Assembly: GCA_011364965.1 (NCBI GenBank)
Contig: RDOB01000002.1
Coordinates: forward strand, 480,001 to 544,000
Direction of reading: 5' to 3'
DNA: 64,000 nt
From: Candidatus Heimdallarchaeota archaeon
Lineage (GTDB): Archaea; Asgardarchaeota; Heimdallarchaeia; Hodarchaeales; Hodarchaeaceae
This document shows, in pieces, positions 29,769-39,781 of this stretch; the stretch's first letter is position 1, and each line of letters begins with the position of its first letter. Position numbers and translations under genes: made by a program. The notes under the pieces are model-generated. The model worked only from the letters and a program-made list of their open reading frames with translations, made no database searches and was not told the DNA's origin.

Positions 29769-31163
29769 TTGGAATTAAATTTGAATTTAACCATACAAAG
29801 AAGGTTAAGAGGAAAACAGCTTATCAAGAAAGTATTCAACCATGAGAAATTAGACGAAATTCCGTGGGTTCCGTTTGCAGGAGTACATGCTGGAGCATTA
29901 ATGGGCTATAGTGCCACTGAAATACTAACAGATGGTAATAAACTACTTGAAGCACTCCTCAAAGTGAACAAATCCTATCACCCTGATGGTCAACCTATTA
30001 CTTTTGATCTGCAAATAGAAGCTGAAATATTGGGGTGTGAATTGAAATGGTCAGAGAAAGCACCCCCCATGGTTTCCTCTCACCCTCTTTCTGAGGATGA
30101 GAATATCCCTAATTACATTCCTAAAAAGACAGATGGCCGGCTTCCCTTAATCCTAGATGTAATGAAACGATTTCAGGAAATTGTTGGTGATGATACTGCG
30201 CTTTTCGGACTGGTTTGCGGCCCTTTAACACTTGCATCCCATCTTCGAGGGATTAATTTATATCTAGATTTAATTTCAAACAAGTTTTATGCTCATAAGT
30301 TACTTAAATACACCACGAATATAGCAATTCAAATAGCAAAATATTATATTAATGCTGGGATGGACATTATAGCTATCGTGGATCCTGTGGTATCCCAAAT
30401 TTCCCCAAAAACCTTCGATGAATTTTTAACTTCTCAATTAAAAGAGATTTTTCAGTATATTCATTCAGAGAATTGTTTGTCATCTTTTTTTGTCTGTGGA
30501 GATGCAACTAAGAATTTGGAGCCTATGTGTAAGACTGGCCCTCAATCTATTTTTATTGATGAAAACATCAACATGGTAGATGCTTATAAAATCATTTCTT
30601 CTTATCACATAATCCTAGGGGGTAATATTCCTTTAACAACAGTCATGCTATTTGGAACTCAACAAGATACTATGCTTTATGTTGTTGATTTGTTAGAAAA
30701 ACTAGGGTCAAATAGTGGTATAATAATTGCTCCAGGGTGCGACATGCCTTATGATGTCCCTCCTGAGAATGTTATTGGAGCAGTTCAAGCAATTCATGAA
30801 CCTGAACTAATTAGGAAATCCTTGATGGAATATAAAAATACTTCTTTTGATTTAGAAATAAAATTACCCGATTATGATCAATTGGAGTCTCCTTTAATTG
30901 AGGTTTTTACAATAGATTCAGCTGTATGCGCAGCGTGTGGGTATACCTTGGAAATGGCCAAAGAAGCGAAGAAATACTTTGGAAACCAAATAGAATTAAA
31001 GGAGTACAAGCTTACTGAGAAGGAAAACATTGTAAGAGCAAGAAAACTTGAAATAGCGAATGTACCCTGTATTTTAATTAATGGGAAAGTAAAATATTCG
31101 TCATTAATTCCCTCTAAGGATGAATTAATTAGGGAAGTGGAAAGGAATTTCCCCTGTTCTTAA
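29769..31163 (+). CDS. Uroporphyrinogen decarboxylase/MtaA-like methyltransferase family protein with C-terminal thioredoxin-like (CAAC) domain
   Basis: EAEILG, GPLTLA, GGNIP, APGCD; C-terminal CAAC...VPCILING. Confidence 0.85.
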   Translation: MELNLNLTIQRRLRGKQLIKKVFNHEKLDEIPWVPFAGVHAGALMGYSATEILTDGNKLLEALLKVNKSYHPDGQPITFDLQIEAEILGCELKWSEKAPPMVSSHPLSEDENIPNYIPKKTDGRLPLILDVMKRFQEIVGDDTALFGLVCGPLTLASHLRGINLYLDLISNKFYAHKLLKYTTNIAIQIAKYYINAGMDIIAIVDPVVSQISPKTFDEFLTSQLKEIFQYIHSENCLSSFFVCGDATKNLEPMCKTGPQSIFIDENINMVDAYKIISSYHIILGGNIPLTTVMLFGTQQDTMLYVVDLLEKLGSNSGIIIAPGCDMPYDVPPENVIGAVQAIHEPELIRKSLMEYKNTSFDLEIKLPDYDQLESPLIEVFTIDSAVCAACGYTLEMAKEAKKYFGNQIELKEYKLTEKENIVRARKLEIANVPCILINGKVKYSSLIPSKDELIREVERNFPCS

Positions 31164-31262
31164 TTAAAGTTGTTTGATGAATATTACAATGATGGAATTT
31201 TCGAAGGATTATGATTTTGAATCTTTAATTTTCATACGTAATTATAATCTGGGTGACAGCAA

Positions 31263-31751
31263 GTGTCTGATGAAGAGAAATTATCAAGGATTGAATGGCA
31301 TAGAAAGATGGCAGTTCAATTCTTTAATCAAACCTGGGATATATTGGATAAAAAAGAGCGAACTGAAGACGACAATAATCGGATGATCCATTTAACTCAT
31401 GGATCAGCCTTACATTGGAATATCGTTGTTGAATCAGGTAAGTACTCTGATTGTGGTCCTCTTAATCTAGAGCGAGGAGAATGGCAAATATCACGAGTTT
31501 ATTCTGTAGTAGGAAATCTTGAATCGGCTTTATATCATGCTCAGCGGTGTCTAAAGATTTGTAAAGCTAATAAAATTGAGGATTTCGATATAGCGTTTGC
31601 ATATGAAGCAATGGCTCGTGTTTTTTCTCTTTCGGGGAATACTAGTGAAACAGAAAAATATATAAAACTCGCACAAGAGGCAGGAACCGCTATTAAGGAT
31701 GAAAAAGACAAGGAGTACTTTTTCAATGAATTGAGTAGTATATTAGTATAA
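31263..31751 (+). CDS. Conserved hypothetical helical (TPR-like) protein
   Basis: FNQTWDIL, H-x-S-x2-HW, RGEWQISRVY and AFAYEAMAR, a recognisable conserved uncharacterised family. Confidence 0.75.
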   Translation: MSDEEKLSRIEWHRKMAVQFFNQTWDILDKKERTEDDNNRMIHLTHGSALHWNIVVESGKYSDCGPLNLERGEWQISRVYSVVGNLESALYHAQRCLKICKANKIEDFDIAFAYEAMARVFSLSGNTSETEKYIKLAQEAGTAIKDEKDKEYFFNELSSILV

Positions 31752-31865
31752 TAGATTATAATAAATGAAATTTTTATTCAGATATTTATTTACTACCGTA
31801 ATATAAACCATTTTTTAGATTCCTTTTTCTCCTTCCCCTAAAAATTTCTCAAAGGATGTCCTTCA

Positions 31866-32525
31866 TTGCCTCTAATAGAACTGATACAAAGTGTGTTTCT
31901 TGCATTTTTCACTGTTTTTTTAATGGAAATTGGTGATAAAACTCAACTAACCGCGTTTACCTTAGGTTTAAAATATCGTAGCCCTTGGAAGGTTTTTTTT
32001 GGTGTTTTAATAGGGCTTACAGGAGTAACAGCCATTGCTGTAATTATAGGAATTATTTTGAAAACAACCTTTGAGTATGAATTACTAAAACCTGTTATTG
32101 CAACCCTCTTTATTTTGGGGGGGATTTTACTATTATTTCATGAGATAAAGAACCAGAAAAATGATTCCATTCGTATGTGTCCGGTTTCATTAGAAAAATG
32201 TGAAAAATCTAAAGAAAATTGTTCTGAAATCGAAGAATGTGAACTATATTTAGATGAAGTAGTTAGAAAAGGGGCTTTATTTAACTCTGCTGTGATCATG
32301 TTTTTTGCTGAATTAGGTGATAAAACAATGCTTATGGGTTTAGGACTCGCTACCCAATTTGATCCTCTCGGGGTTTTTGTAGGTGCAGTTATCGCGTTAG
32401 CTTTAATCAATTCAATTGGTGTTTTTATGGGAGACAAAATTGCGCAAAAAGTTCCAAGAAAAATTTTAGGATATGCAAGTGCATTGCTTTTTCTAATTAC
32501 AGGGCTCTTCATTTTATTACTTTGA
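31866..32525 (+). CDS. TMEM165/GDT1 (UPF0016) Ca2+/Mn2+ transporter
   Basis: Two E-x-G-D-K-T motifs (EIGDKT, ELGDKT); 6 TM. Confidence 0.92.
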   Translation: MPLIELIQSVFLAFFTVFLMEIGDKTQLTAFTLGLKYRSPWKVFFGVLIGLTGVTAIAVIIGIILKTTFEYELLKPVIATLFILGGILLLFHEIKNQKNDSIRMCPVSLEKCEKSKENCSEIEECELYLDEVVRKGALFNSAVIMFFAELGDKTMLMGLGLATQFDPLGVFVGAVIALALINSIGVFMGDKIAQKVPRKILGYASALLFLITGLFILLL

Positions 32526-32545
32526 CCATCTTGATAGTAAATAGA

Positions 32546-33364
32546 TCATTTGGAAATAACTTTAGCCGCTGTTTCCTTTGGAAGAGCAAAAAAACCCGCA
32601 AAAATGAATGCTAGAGATACTAGGAATAAGTTAAAGCAAATAAAGTAAATATAAGTTAAATTTGGTTCTTGAAAATGCCAAGGAGCCCAAGCAGCATACG
32701 TTAATGCTAGTAATGAAAATCCAAGGGTTAAAAGACGGGCTGAAGACAAATCTAGATCCTTGCTATAATTATAAAAGAGATAAGCTATAATTACGCAAAT
32801 CGGGATGAAAAACCAAAATAAAAATCCATACATCGTTTGTTCAATTGAATTTTGATCCAAAACCCATAATAACCTCCATGTAAACCACCCCTCTCCAATC
32901 AGGAAGATTAGAAACCCTGGAAGATAAATTAACTTTTTATTATTCGTTAATAACATCATTGTGCCAATTATCATACCTGCTACCCAGAATATCATAGGAT
33001 TTCTCCAAATAAAAAATAAAGCAGGATTATTCATATTTGCTAAATCAAAGGCCAAAGCTTGTAAACAAAGTCCGATAAAAGTGATTCCATATAGAAGGAA
33101 GGAAATTCCCCATATTAACTGGTATTTAGCTGCACTTCGCGGTGGAGATTTTGCAAAATATCTATAGCAGAGATATCCACCAATGGAGAATATTAAGATA
33201 AATGCTGATATCGATGGGCCGAAGAGGACAAAACTTTGTTCTAAGATGGGGATTTCAAATCCCTTTGGTGTGGTTGTGACTGTTATTGCAGATAGAATGT
33301 AAATTATTATCAGTGTAAAGATAAAAAATTTATGTTTTGTAATTGGGTCAGACTTTTGTGACAA
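32546..33364 (-). CDS. Hypothetical multi-pass membrane protein (about 8 TM)
   Basis: 272 aa with alternating hydrophobic helices; GAGG upstream. Confidence 0.7.
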   Translation of the reverse strand: MSQKSDPITKHKFFIFTLIIIYILSAITVTTTPKGFEIPILEQSFVLFGPSISAFILIFSIGGYLCYRYFAKSPPRSAAKYQLIWGISFLLYGITFIGLCLQALAFDLANMNNPALFFIWRNPMIFWVAGMIIGTMMLLTNNKKLIYLPGFLIFLIGEGWFTWRLLWVLDQNSIEQTMYGFLFWFFIPICVIIAYLFYNYSKDLDLSSARLLTLGFSLLALTYAAWAPWHFQEPNLTYIYFICFNLFLVSLAFIFAGFFALPKETAAKVISK

Positions 33365-33485
33365 TTGTATGCCTCAAATTGTCTTCTAACAGGTAATAGG
33401 AAGATTGAAAATAATATTTCGTTTTACAATTAAATTGACTTTATAAAGTTGGCGTCATACAAAGGAAAATAGGTGCGTCAATATT

Positions 33486-34538
33486 TTGACCGATTTAATT
33501 GTGGATTTAAGATCAGATACTGTAACTAAACCCTCTCCAGATATGTGGAATGCCCTCAAATCACTGACTAATGACGATTTAGGTGATGATGTTTTTGGTG
33601 AAGATCCAACAGTTAATGAATTGGAGAAAATTGCTGCAAAGATAACTGGAAAAGAAGCAGCATTATTAGTAACATCTGGGACTCAAGGAAATCTCATTTC
33701 TCTTTTAAGCTCCACTTCTCCTGGAGACGAGATTCTTATAGAAGAACAAAGCCATATTTTCCATTATGAAGTTGGTGGTGCTGCACGGATTGGTGGATTA
33801 ACTTCTCGAACATTCAGCACACTTCGGGGGACTCCTAAACAGGAAAACCTTCAACCTCTTATAAGGGAACGAAATGATCTCCATCAAGCTTGGACAACTT
33901 TACTAGCAGTAGAGAATACGCATAACAAACATGGTGGTACTATTGTTTCCCCATTGGACTTAAAATTACTTAAAGAATTCTGTACAGAGAATGATCTTAA
34001 GTTTCATATGGATGGAGCCCGAATATTCAATGCTGCTGTAGCTTTAGGTATGAAAGTTAAGGATTTTGCTCAATATGTAGATAGCCTCACCTTTTGTTTA
34101 TCCAAAGGATTATCTTGTCCAGTTGGTTCAATTATAGTCGGAGACCTTGAATTTATACAAAAATCAAGGAAATATCGAAAAATGCTTGGAGGAGGTATGA
34201 GACAAGCTGGTATCCTTGCTTCCATGGGTTTAATTGCATTAAAAGCAAACTGGATAAAAAGGCTAGCAGAAGACCATCAAAATGCCAAACTCTTGGCAAA
34301 AGGCCTTCAAGAGTTAACAGGATCGATCATTGCTAATATACCTGAGACCAATATTGTAATTGCTCATTTTGATGAATCGATTCCAATAAACGAATTCGTA
34401 AACTCAATCCGAAAGAAAGGAGTTCTCGTTTTACCAATGGATTCTCATTCAATTCGCTTGGTAACTCATTATGGCATAACAAAAGCTGATATAGATTTTG
34501 CAATTCAAGAAATAGTTGAATCAATAAAATTAATATAG
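33486..34538 (+). CDS. ltaE: Low-specificity L-threonine aldolase
   Basis: DLRSDTVT, GDDVFGEDPT, SGTQGN, ENTHN, HMDGARIFNA, CLSKGL, GGGMRQAG. Confidence 0.93.
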   Translation: MTDLIVDLRSDTVTKPSPDMWNALKSLTNDDLGDDVFGEDPTVNELEKIAAKITGKEAALLVTSGTQGNLISLLSSTSPGDEILIEEQSHIFHYEVGGAARIGGLTSRTFSTLRGTPKQENLQPLIRERNDLHQAWTTLLAVENTHNKHGGTIVSPLDLKLLKEFCTENDLKFHMDGARIFNAAVALGMKVKDFAQYVDSLTFCLSKGLSCPVGSIIVGDLEFIQKSRKYRKMLGGGMRQAGILASMGLIALKANWIKRLAEDHQNAKLLAKGLQELTGSIIANIPETNIVIAHFDESIPINEFVNSIRKKGVLVLPMDSHSIRLVTHYGITKADIDFAIQEIVESIKLI

Positions 34539-34554
34539 AATCACTTAAATTAAA

Positions 34555-35385
34555 TTAACGATTATGCTTTTGGAGAAAATATACGACTTTTTCATTAAAT
34601 TCTAGTGAATTCTCCATGTTAGATGTATGTCCTGCGTTTTTTATAATATCTACTTCACAGATAGGAATCAAATTTTGAATTTTCTCTGCGTGTTTGAATA
34701 TAGATTTTTCTTCAAATTCTCCATTTAATACAAGAGTGGGAACGGTAATTCGAGATAATTTCTGAAGAGTAAAATCATATAAGGATCCAAATACCTTTAA
34801 ATACTCTTTTTTATCTAATTTAAGCATCTGATTTCGTTCGTATTCAACGATTTCCTCATTTCCAATCCATTCTTTACTTCTTGTTGATTTTGCTAGCCAG
34901 AAAGAGAATTTAATGAATCTATGAACTCCCAGTAATCGTAAAGTTAGTAACATTATCCATTTTGGCCCAACTAGATATCGCATAAAATAATCCCAAGTCG
35001 TTAGGGTTATTGTCGCAGCTGTATCTGCTAGAATTAGTCCAGACAATTTGTCTGGATATTTTGTTGCGTAAACTTGAGCAATCATTCCTCCTAAACTTAA
35101 TCCACATATTATTGGTTTTTTGATATTTAATTCAGTGAGGAGGCCATACAAGTCATCTGCATAAAGTTCTACTGAGTATTTCTTTAAAGAGGATCCCCCT
35201 GTTTTTCCATGCCCCCTAATATCGTATATTAGCGTTTGGTAATCATTAGAGAAAAATTTTACCTGTGATTCCCACATAGAAGAACTAACAAATGCTCCAT
35301 GGATGAATACAAATGTTTGCCCTTTTCCTTGAACATCATAATTAACATTGAGGTCTCTAACTTGAATGTATGGCATATTTATCAA
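34555..35385 (-). CDS. Alpha/beta hydrolase
   Basis: FIHG, YDIRGHG, GLSLGG nucleophile, AGH. Confidence 0.9.
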   Translation of the reverse strand: MINMPYIQVRDLNVNYDVQGKGQTFVFIHGAFVSSSMWESQVKFFSNDYQTLIYDIRGHGKTGGSSLKKYSVELYADDLYGLLTELNIKKPIICGLSLGGMIAQVYATKYPDKLSGLILADTAATITLTTWDYFMRYLVGPKWIMLLTLRLLGVHRFIKFSFWLAKSTRSKEWIGNEEIVEYERNQMLKLDKKEYLKVFGSLYDFTLQKLSRITVPTLVLNGEFEEKSIFKHAEKIQNLIPICEVDIIKNAGHTSNMENSLEFNEKVVYFLQKHNR

Positions 35386-35477
35386 CTTTAAGATTGATTC
35401 TTATTTTAAAATCAATGGATTTTATTCCTTGTCAATACAGAGTTTCATAGAAACAAGAGATTCATGATTCAAAAAAG

Positions 35478-36737
35478 CTATTTTAGTAAGTATTCAATAT
35501 AATTCTTTTTATATTTAAATTTCTGTTTTTTAGCGACGCGTGATAATAATTTACTAGTACAGCTGCCAAATTGAGTTGCTTTATTATTTTGAAAAGCAAT
35601 TTTCGGTGGTAATCCCAAACTTTCACCCATTCTTCTCCAAATGTACTTTTTAATCCCATTATTGACCTTTAACAACGTTGGGAGATTCAATGCAATTTTG
35701 TATAATTCCGAGCAAATAAAAGGTGCTTTCATATCGCATTTGAAGTATGATGCCAAGCGATAATCCTTATACAAATCACGAGTATAAATAGTATCGAATT
35801 TTTCTTTAGAAATTTCTTCAAGTGTTTTGTTTGGATCTAAATGTCGTGCTTCTAAGGAAAATCCCATAAATAATTCTTCTGTACCTATTGCAGTAAGAAT
35901 TACATCAGATTTATCGAATACGGCCTTTTTAATACCATGGTAAAGAACTATGGCAACTTCCAGAAGTACAACACGAGGAACTGTCTTTACAATGTTACTA
36001 AAGAAACCTGTTTGTACAATCTGTTCAATCTCAAATAGGGAATCTTCGATCATGGATTCGGATAATGGAACTAATTTTAACTCAATACCAAGTAAATTAG
36101 CATTTATTTTGGCAGCAATTACATCGTGCGATTTTAAATCTCCCACCACATATCCAATAAAAGGTATATTATTTCTTTTTAATATTTGAGCAATAATTGA
36201 TGAATCTACACCTCCTGAATATAACAGTGAAATTTTTTGGTAACCTTTGATGGATTTAAGAACGGTTGCTTCACTAACTTGAGCTAGTAATTGTACAATT
36301 TGTTTTTCGTCAACAAATGTCGCTTTGTGATTTATAGGAAGTTTATCAATAATTTGAACTTGTGTAGATTTCATATTGATTTTAACATAAAGACTAGGAT
36401 TCAAGAGAGAATATTTAATCTTGATTTTGCCATTTAAATCAGTTGTAATCTGGAATTTTCTGTTTGAAGAATACCAAAATAGCGGAATTTTTCCAAATCG
36501 GTCTGTTAATATGAAGAGATGCTCCCCCTTAGAAAAAACCAATATAAACGGTTCAGATATGGTGGAAAGCTTACTAATAATATCATTTTTTCCAAACCTT
36601 AAAATATTGAGAAGCTCTTCGTGGATATTCTTATGAGAATAGATATAAAAGCCTTGTAAAACCTCTCCAATATTATAAAAAAGGTTAATTCCCTCTTCCA
36701 TCTCCCATTTCTGGGAATATTCCGTTTTTGATGCCAC
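35478..36737 (-). CDS. Asparagine synthase-related protein (synthetase domain with eroded glutamine amidotransferase part)
   Basis: DRFGKIPLFW, PP-loop SGGVDSS, KYIWR, KATQFGS. Confidence 0.8.
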   Translation of the reverse strand: MASKTEYSQKWEMEEGINLFYNIGEVLQGFYIYSHKNIHEELLNILRFGKNDIISKLSTISEPFILVFSKGEHLFILTDRFGKIPLFWYSSNRKFQITTDLNGKIKIKYSLLNPSLYVKINMKSTQVQIIDKLPINHKATFVDEKQIVQLLAQVSEATVLKSIKGYQKISLLYSGGVDSSIIAQILKRNNIPFIGYVVGDLKSHDVIAAKINANLLGIELKLVPLSESMIEDSLFEIEQIVQTGFFSNIVKTVPRVVLLEVAIVLYHGIKKAVFDKSDVILTAIGTEELFMGFSLEARHLDPNKTLEEISKEKFDTIYTRDLYKDYRLASYFKCDMKAPFICSELYKIALNLPTLLKVNNGIKKYIWRRMGESLGLPPKIAFQNNKATQFGSCTSKLLSRVAKKQKFKYKKNYIEYLLK

Positions 36738-36757
36738 TGTGAAGTTGGATAGAAAAA

Positions 36758-37111
36758 TTACTCCTCACCAGATTTTTCAAAACTATATCGTGTTGCTACG
36801 ATATCTATAATAACACCATATGCAATACCAGCAAAAAAACTTAGAATATCTCTAAATTCTGATGTGAAAAAAATTGCAGATGTGACTAATAATCCTAATA
36901 TTGCTCCTCGAATAATTACATTCGAATAATTCTTAGCAAATGTTAAATCACTTGCGAAACCGATCATTAGACCCATAATTACTCGATTATACCACATAGC
37001 GAATAAGAATATCTCATTTCCTTGGTAACCAATTCTCAAGCCTATCCCAATAATACATAGAATTCCTAAGATAACACCCAGCCCTGTACTGATTATTAAA
37101 CGTCTATTCAT
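36758..37111 (-). CDS. Small 4-TM membrane protein
   Basis: 117 aa hydrophobic; WYNRVIMG motif. Confidence 0.75.
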   Translation of the reverse strand: MNRRLIISTGLGVILGILCIIGIGLRIGYQGNEIFLFAMWYNRVIMGLMIGFASDLTFAKNYSNVIIRGAILGLLVTSAIFFTSEFRDILSFFAGIAYGVIIDIVATRYSFEKSGEE

Positions 37112-37178
37112 GGTTAACTGCCCCAGTGGAAGTTATATGTCTTTATTTTTGAATTTTTTTCAATTAGATCCGACAGTT

Positions 37179-38132
37179 TTATTTATAAACCTCATTGAAT
37201 CGTGATAAAATCTCATCTTCTAAAGGCATAGAATTTTGAGCTCCTCGACGAGTAACTGCAATAGATGCAGCAGTATTTGCATATTTTGCAGCAGTGAATA
37301 TGTCATAACCTTTAACCACATAACTAGTAAGTACTCCATTGAAGCAATCTCCTGCACCAACAGTGTCGACTGGATTTACTTTAATCCCAGAAATAAGGCT
37401 AGCTTTCCCGCTTTTGGCCTGATAAACAAAACACCCTCTTTGTCCAAGAGTAGTAATAACATTTTCAACCCCAATTCTCGAAATATCTCTTGAAATGGAG
37501 ATTAATGCGTTTTCATCAAGTAAATTTGGATTGTTTAATCCTAATGAAGAATGGAGTTCGAGTAGCTCATTTTCATTAGGAGTAATAATTTTTAATTTTT
37601 TCAATATTTCTTCTGGTATAGGTTTAAAAGGAGCTGGATTTAAAATCGAAAGTGTAGAATCTTTCGTGTTATTAAATATTTCAGTAATGATATCCATATG
37701 GATTTCCATTTGTACAACAACAGCAGATGCGTCTTCAATAATCGTTTTTATATTAAAAATTTCTTTCAGTGATACTAATGCATTTGCTCCAGGGGCAACA
37801 CTTATCATATTCTGCCCTTGAGCATCTAATAATATAAAAGCCACACCACTCGGATTTGTTTGATCTATTATAATATTTTTTACATCTATACTTTCTTTTT
37901 TGAGATTAGAAATCATTTGGTTCCCAAAATTATCATTTCCTACCCTTCCTATGAACTTTACTTTACTACCTGACCTAGCAGCCGCAACTGCTTGATTTGC
38001 ACCTTTACCTCCAAAAGATTGAGTAAATTTGCCTCCTGTGACCGTTTCGCCAGGTTTGGGAAACCTTTTTGAATAAATGTTTAAGTCTATATTACTAGAA
38101 CCGATAATAAGTATGTATGGATCGTTCTTCAT
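37179..38132 (-). CDS. rbsK: Ribokinase (PfkB family)
   Basis: GSSNID, GGKGANQA, NPAP, PNENE, DTVGAGDCF. Confidence 0.92.
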   Translation of the reverse strand: MKNDPYILIIGSSNIDLNIYSKRFPKPGETVTGGKFTQSFGGKGANQAVAAARSGSKVKFIGRVGNDNFGNQMISNLKKESIDVKNIIIDQTNPSGVAFILLDAQGQNMISVAPGANALVSLKEIFNIKTIIEDASAVVVQMEIHMDIITEIFNNTKDSTLSILNPAPFKPIPEEILKKLKIITPNENELLELHSSLGLNNPNLLDENALISISRDISRIGVENVITTLGQRGCFVYQAKSGKASLISGIKVNPVDTVGAGDCFNGVLTSYVVKGYDIFTAAKYANTAASIAVTRRGAQNSMPLEDEILSRFNEVYK

Positions 38133-38399
38133 TGTAGAATACTATATTTTTCCTATCAGATAATAATTTTATGGAGCTCGTCCGACACAGGGTTTAAAAA
38201 AAGGCATATATTTAGGAATTTAACCTATGACAAGGGGAGGATCCAAAACGCCTAAAGTAATAACAAACTGTCATGTCTGTTAGATATTATGTCATATTAG
38301 CATTGAAATCAATTATTGGTGAACCTTAAATAAGTAACAGAAAGCAAAATTCTTATTTTTCTAGGTCAATAGTAATTTTACATCAAGATAGTTGAAAAT

Positions 38400-38858
38400 A
38401 TGATGACATTGATAAGAAGAGCAGTAGGTGCTATAATTCAATATAAAACGCAATATATCCTCATACATAAGGTTAAACTAATGGAATTGGCAGAAACACC
38501 AAGGGAAATAGAGGGAGAATGGGATTTTGTAAAAGGAGGAGTGGAACAAAGCGACATCAGTCTAAATGAGACTTTGTTCAGGGAGTTAGAAGAAGAAACG
38601 GGTTCAATTCAATATACTATTTTAAAAAAATATCCTGAAAAACTTCGATTTCAATTTTCTAAACAGGTAGAGGGTTTAACTCATCAAGAAACGACAATGT
38701 ATTTAGTGAAATATATCGGTCATTTGAGGGATTTGCAACCACGAGATCAAGAGATTGATCAAATTGGGGTTTTCTCTGTGAATGAAGTTATTGAGAAGCT
38801 AGCGCATACAGAAACAAAACAATTCTTCCTAAATAACATCTTAGTCAAAGAAAAATAA
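38400..38858 (+). CDS. Nudix hydrolase (RppH-like)
   Basis: Nudix box GGVE...RELEEETG. Confidence 0.88.
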   Translation: MMTLIRRAVGAIIQYKTQYILIHKVKLMELAETPREIEGEWDFVKGGVEQSDISLNETLFRELEEETGSIQYTILKKYPEKLRFQFSKQVEGLTHQETTMYLVKYIGHLRDLQPRDQEIDQIGVFSVNEVIEKLAHTETKQFFLNNILVKEK

Positions 38859-38882
38859 GATGTGATCACTTAACGATCAGTT

Positions 38883-39545
38883 TTAGAATGTATATCCTAT
38901 ATCTTTTACTACGTAATTATACCATTTTAACTGATAACCGACAATTACTGGTAATTTTGATAGAGACACCCAGAACAGTTTAAATTTATGGTTATCACCA
39001 AAAACTTCCCATTCCTCCTGAACTGCTTCATTAGACCATACATGGAAAAAATGTTGTATCGATGTTTTTGCCAAGATTCTAGTCGGAACCCATCCTGTTA
39101 TTTGGTAAGTAATATATTTAGGGTGGGGAAATTTGTCATACTCAATATAGGTAACTTGGGTGAAGTTCACATGAGAACGTTGCGAAGTCACAGTAATTCC
39201 TTTCCTGAAATTGACCCAATTAAAGCTGGTTAAATCAGGACGGGAATAAACATTAGATTTTTCGCTAATAAGATATTCATTCTCCCTGGTCTTACTTTCA
39301 AGAGATCCTATATATTGTTTAATCTCAATGTCGTTCAATCCTGTTTCTTCATATATCTCTCTCATTAAAGCTTCTTCTACAGTTTCATTTGCTTCAATAG
39401 TTCCTGAGGGAAATTGGATGCCTGCATAAGGATGCTGAAGTACAAGGATTTCCTTGGTATTATCTTTTTCTCGTGCAATAAACGCAGTAACTTTCCCAAT
39501 AGCCATGCTATTAATAACCTCCTCTAAATTGGTAAATAATATCAC
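38883..39545 (-). CDS. Nudix hydrolase with internal insertion
   Basis: GTIEANETVEEALMREIYEETGL. Confidence 0.85.
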   Translation of the reverse strand: MILFTNLEEVINSMAIGKVTAFIAREKDNTKEILVLQHPYAGIQFPSGTIEANETVEEALMREIYEETGLNDIEIKQYIGSLESKTRENEYLISEKSNVYSRPDLTSFNWVNFRKGITVTSQRSHVNFTQVTYIEYDKFPHPKYITYQITGWVPTRILAKTSIQHFFHVWSNEAVQEEWEVFGDNHKFKLFWVSLSKLPVIVGYQLKWYNYVVKDIGYTF

Positions 39546-39600
39546 ATAAGAGAAAGAATTAGAAAGTATATGGTATTATTCTTTTAATAATAATTTCTGT

Positions 39601-39723
39601 GATGGCAAGACAAGGGATTATTCTACTTAGTAAAGTGGAAAAATTACCGAAAAAACTACCAAAGCAATTGCATGGACTTCTAGGCTGGAACCAGAGGAAT
39701 ACAATCCTATTATTGAAACATAA
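39601..39723 (+). pseudogene. Degraded 3' remnant of a DUF6745-like domain gene
   Basis: Frame from 39601 reads DGKTRDYST**SGKITEKTTKAIAWTSRLEPEEYNPIIET*, matching the recalled A-x-A-W-T-F-x-L-x-P-E-E-Y-x-P-x2-E-T C-terminus of that family. Confidence 0.5.
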
Positions 39724-39781
39724 TTGTGAATTGGTGTGCACGCAAAATTACTTTTAAAAGAGGTATTGTTTTTTAATTTCT

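Noticed and set aside
38165-38310. Short inverted words (TTTAGG/CCTAAA, ATGACA/TGTCAT) in the ribokinase-Nudix spacer as ncRNA or IS end
   Set aside because: Only 6-bp matches, expected by chance; no transposase or target duplication
39559-39741. 60-aa minus-strand ORF
   Set aside because: No motif; the opposite strand carries a more recognisable gene remnant
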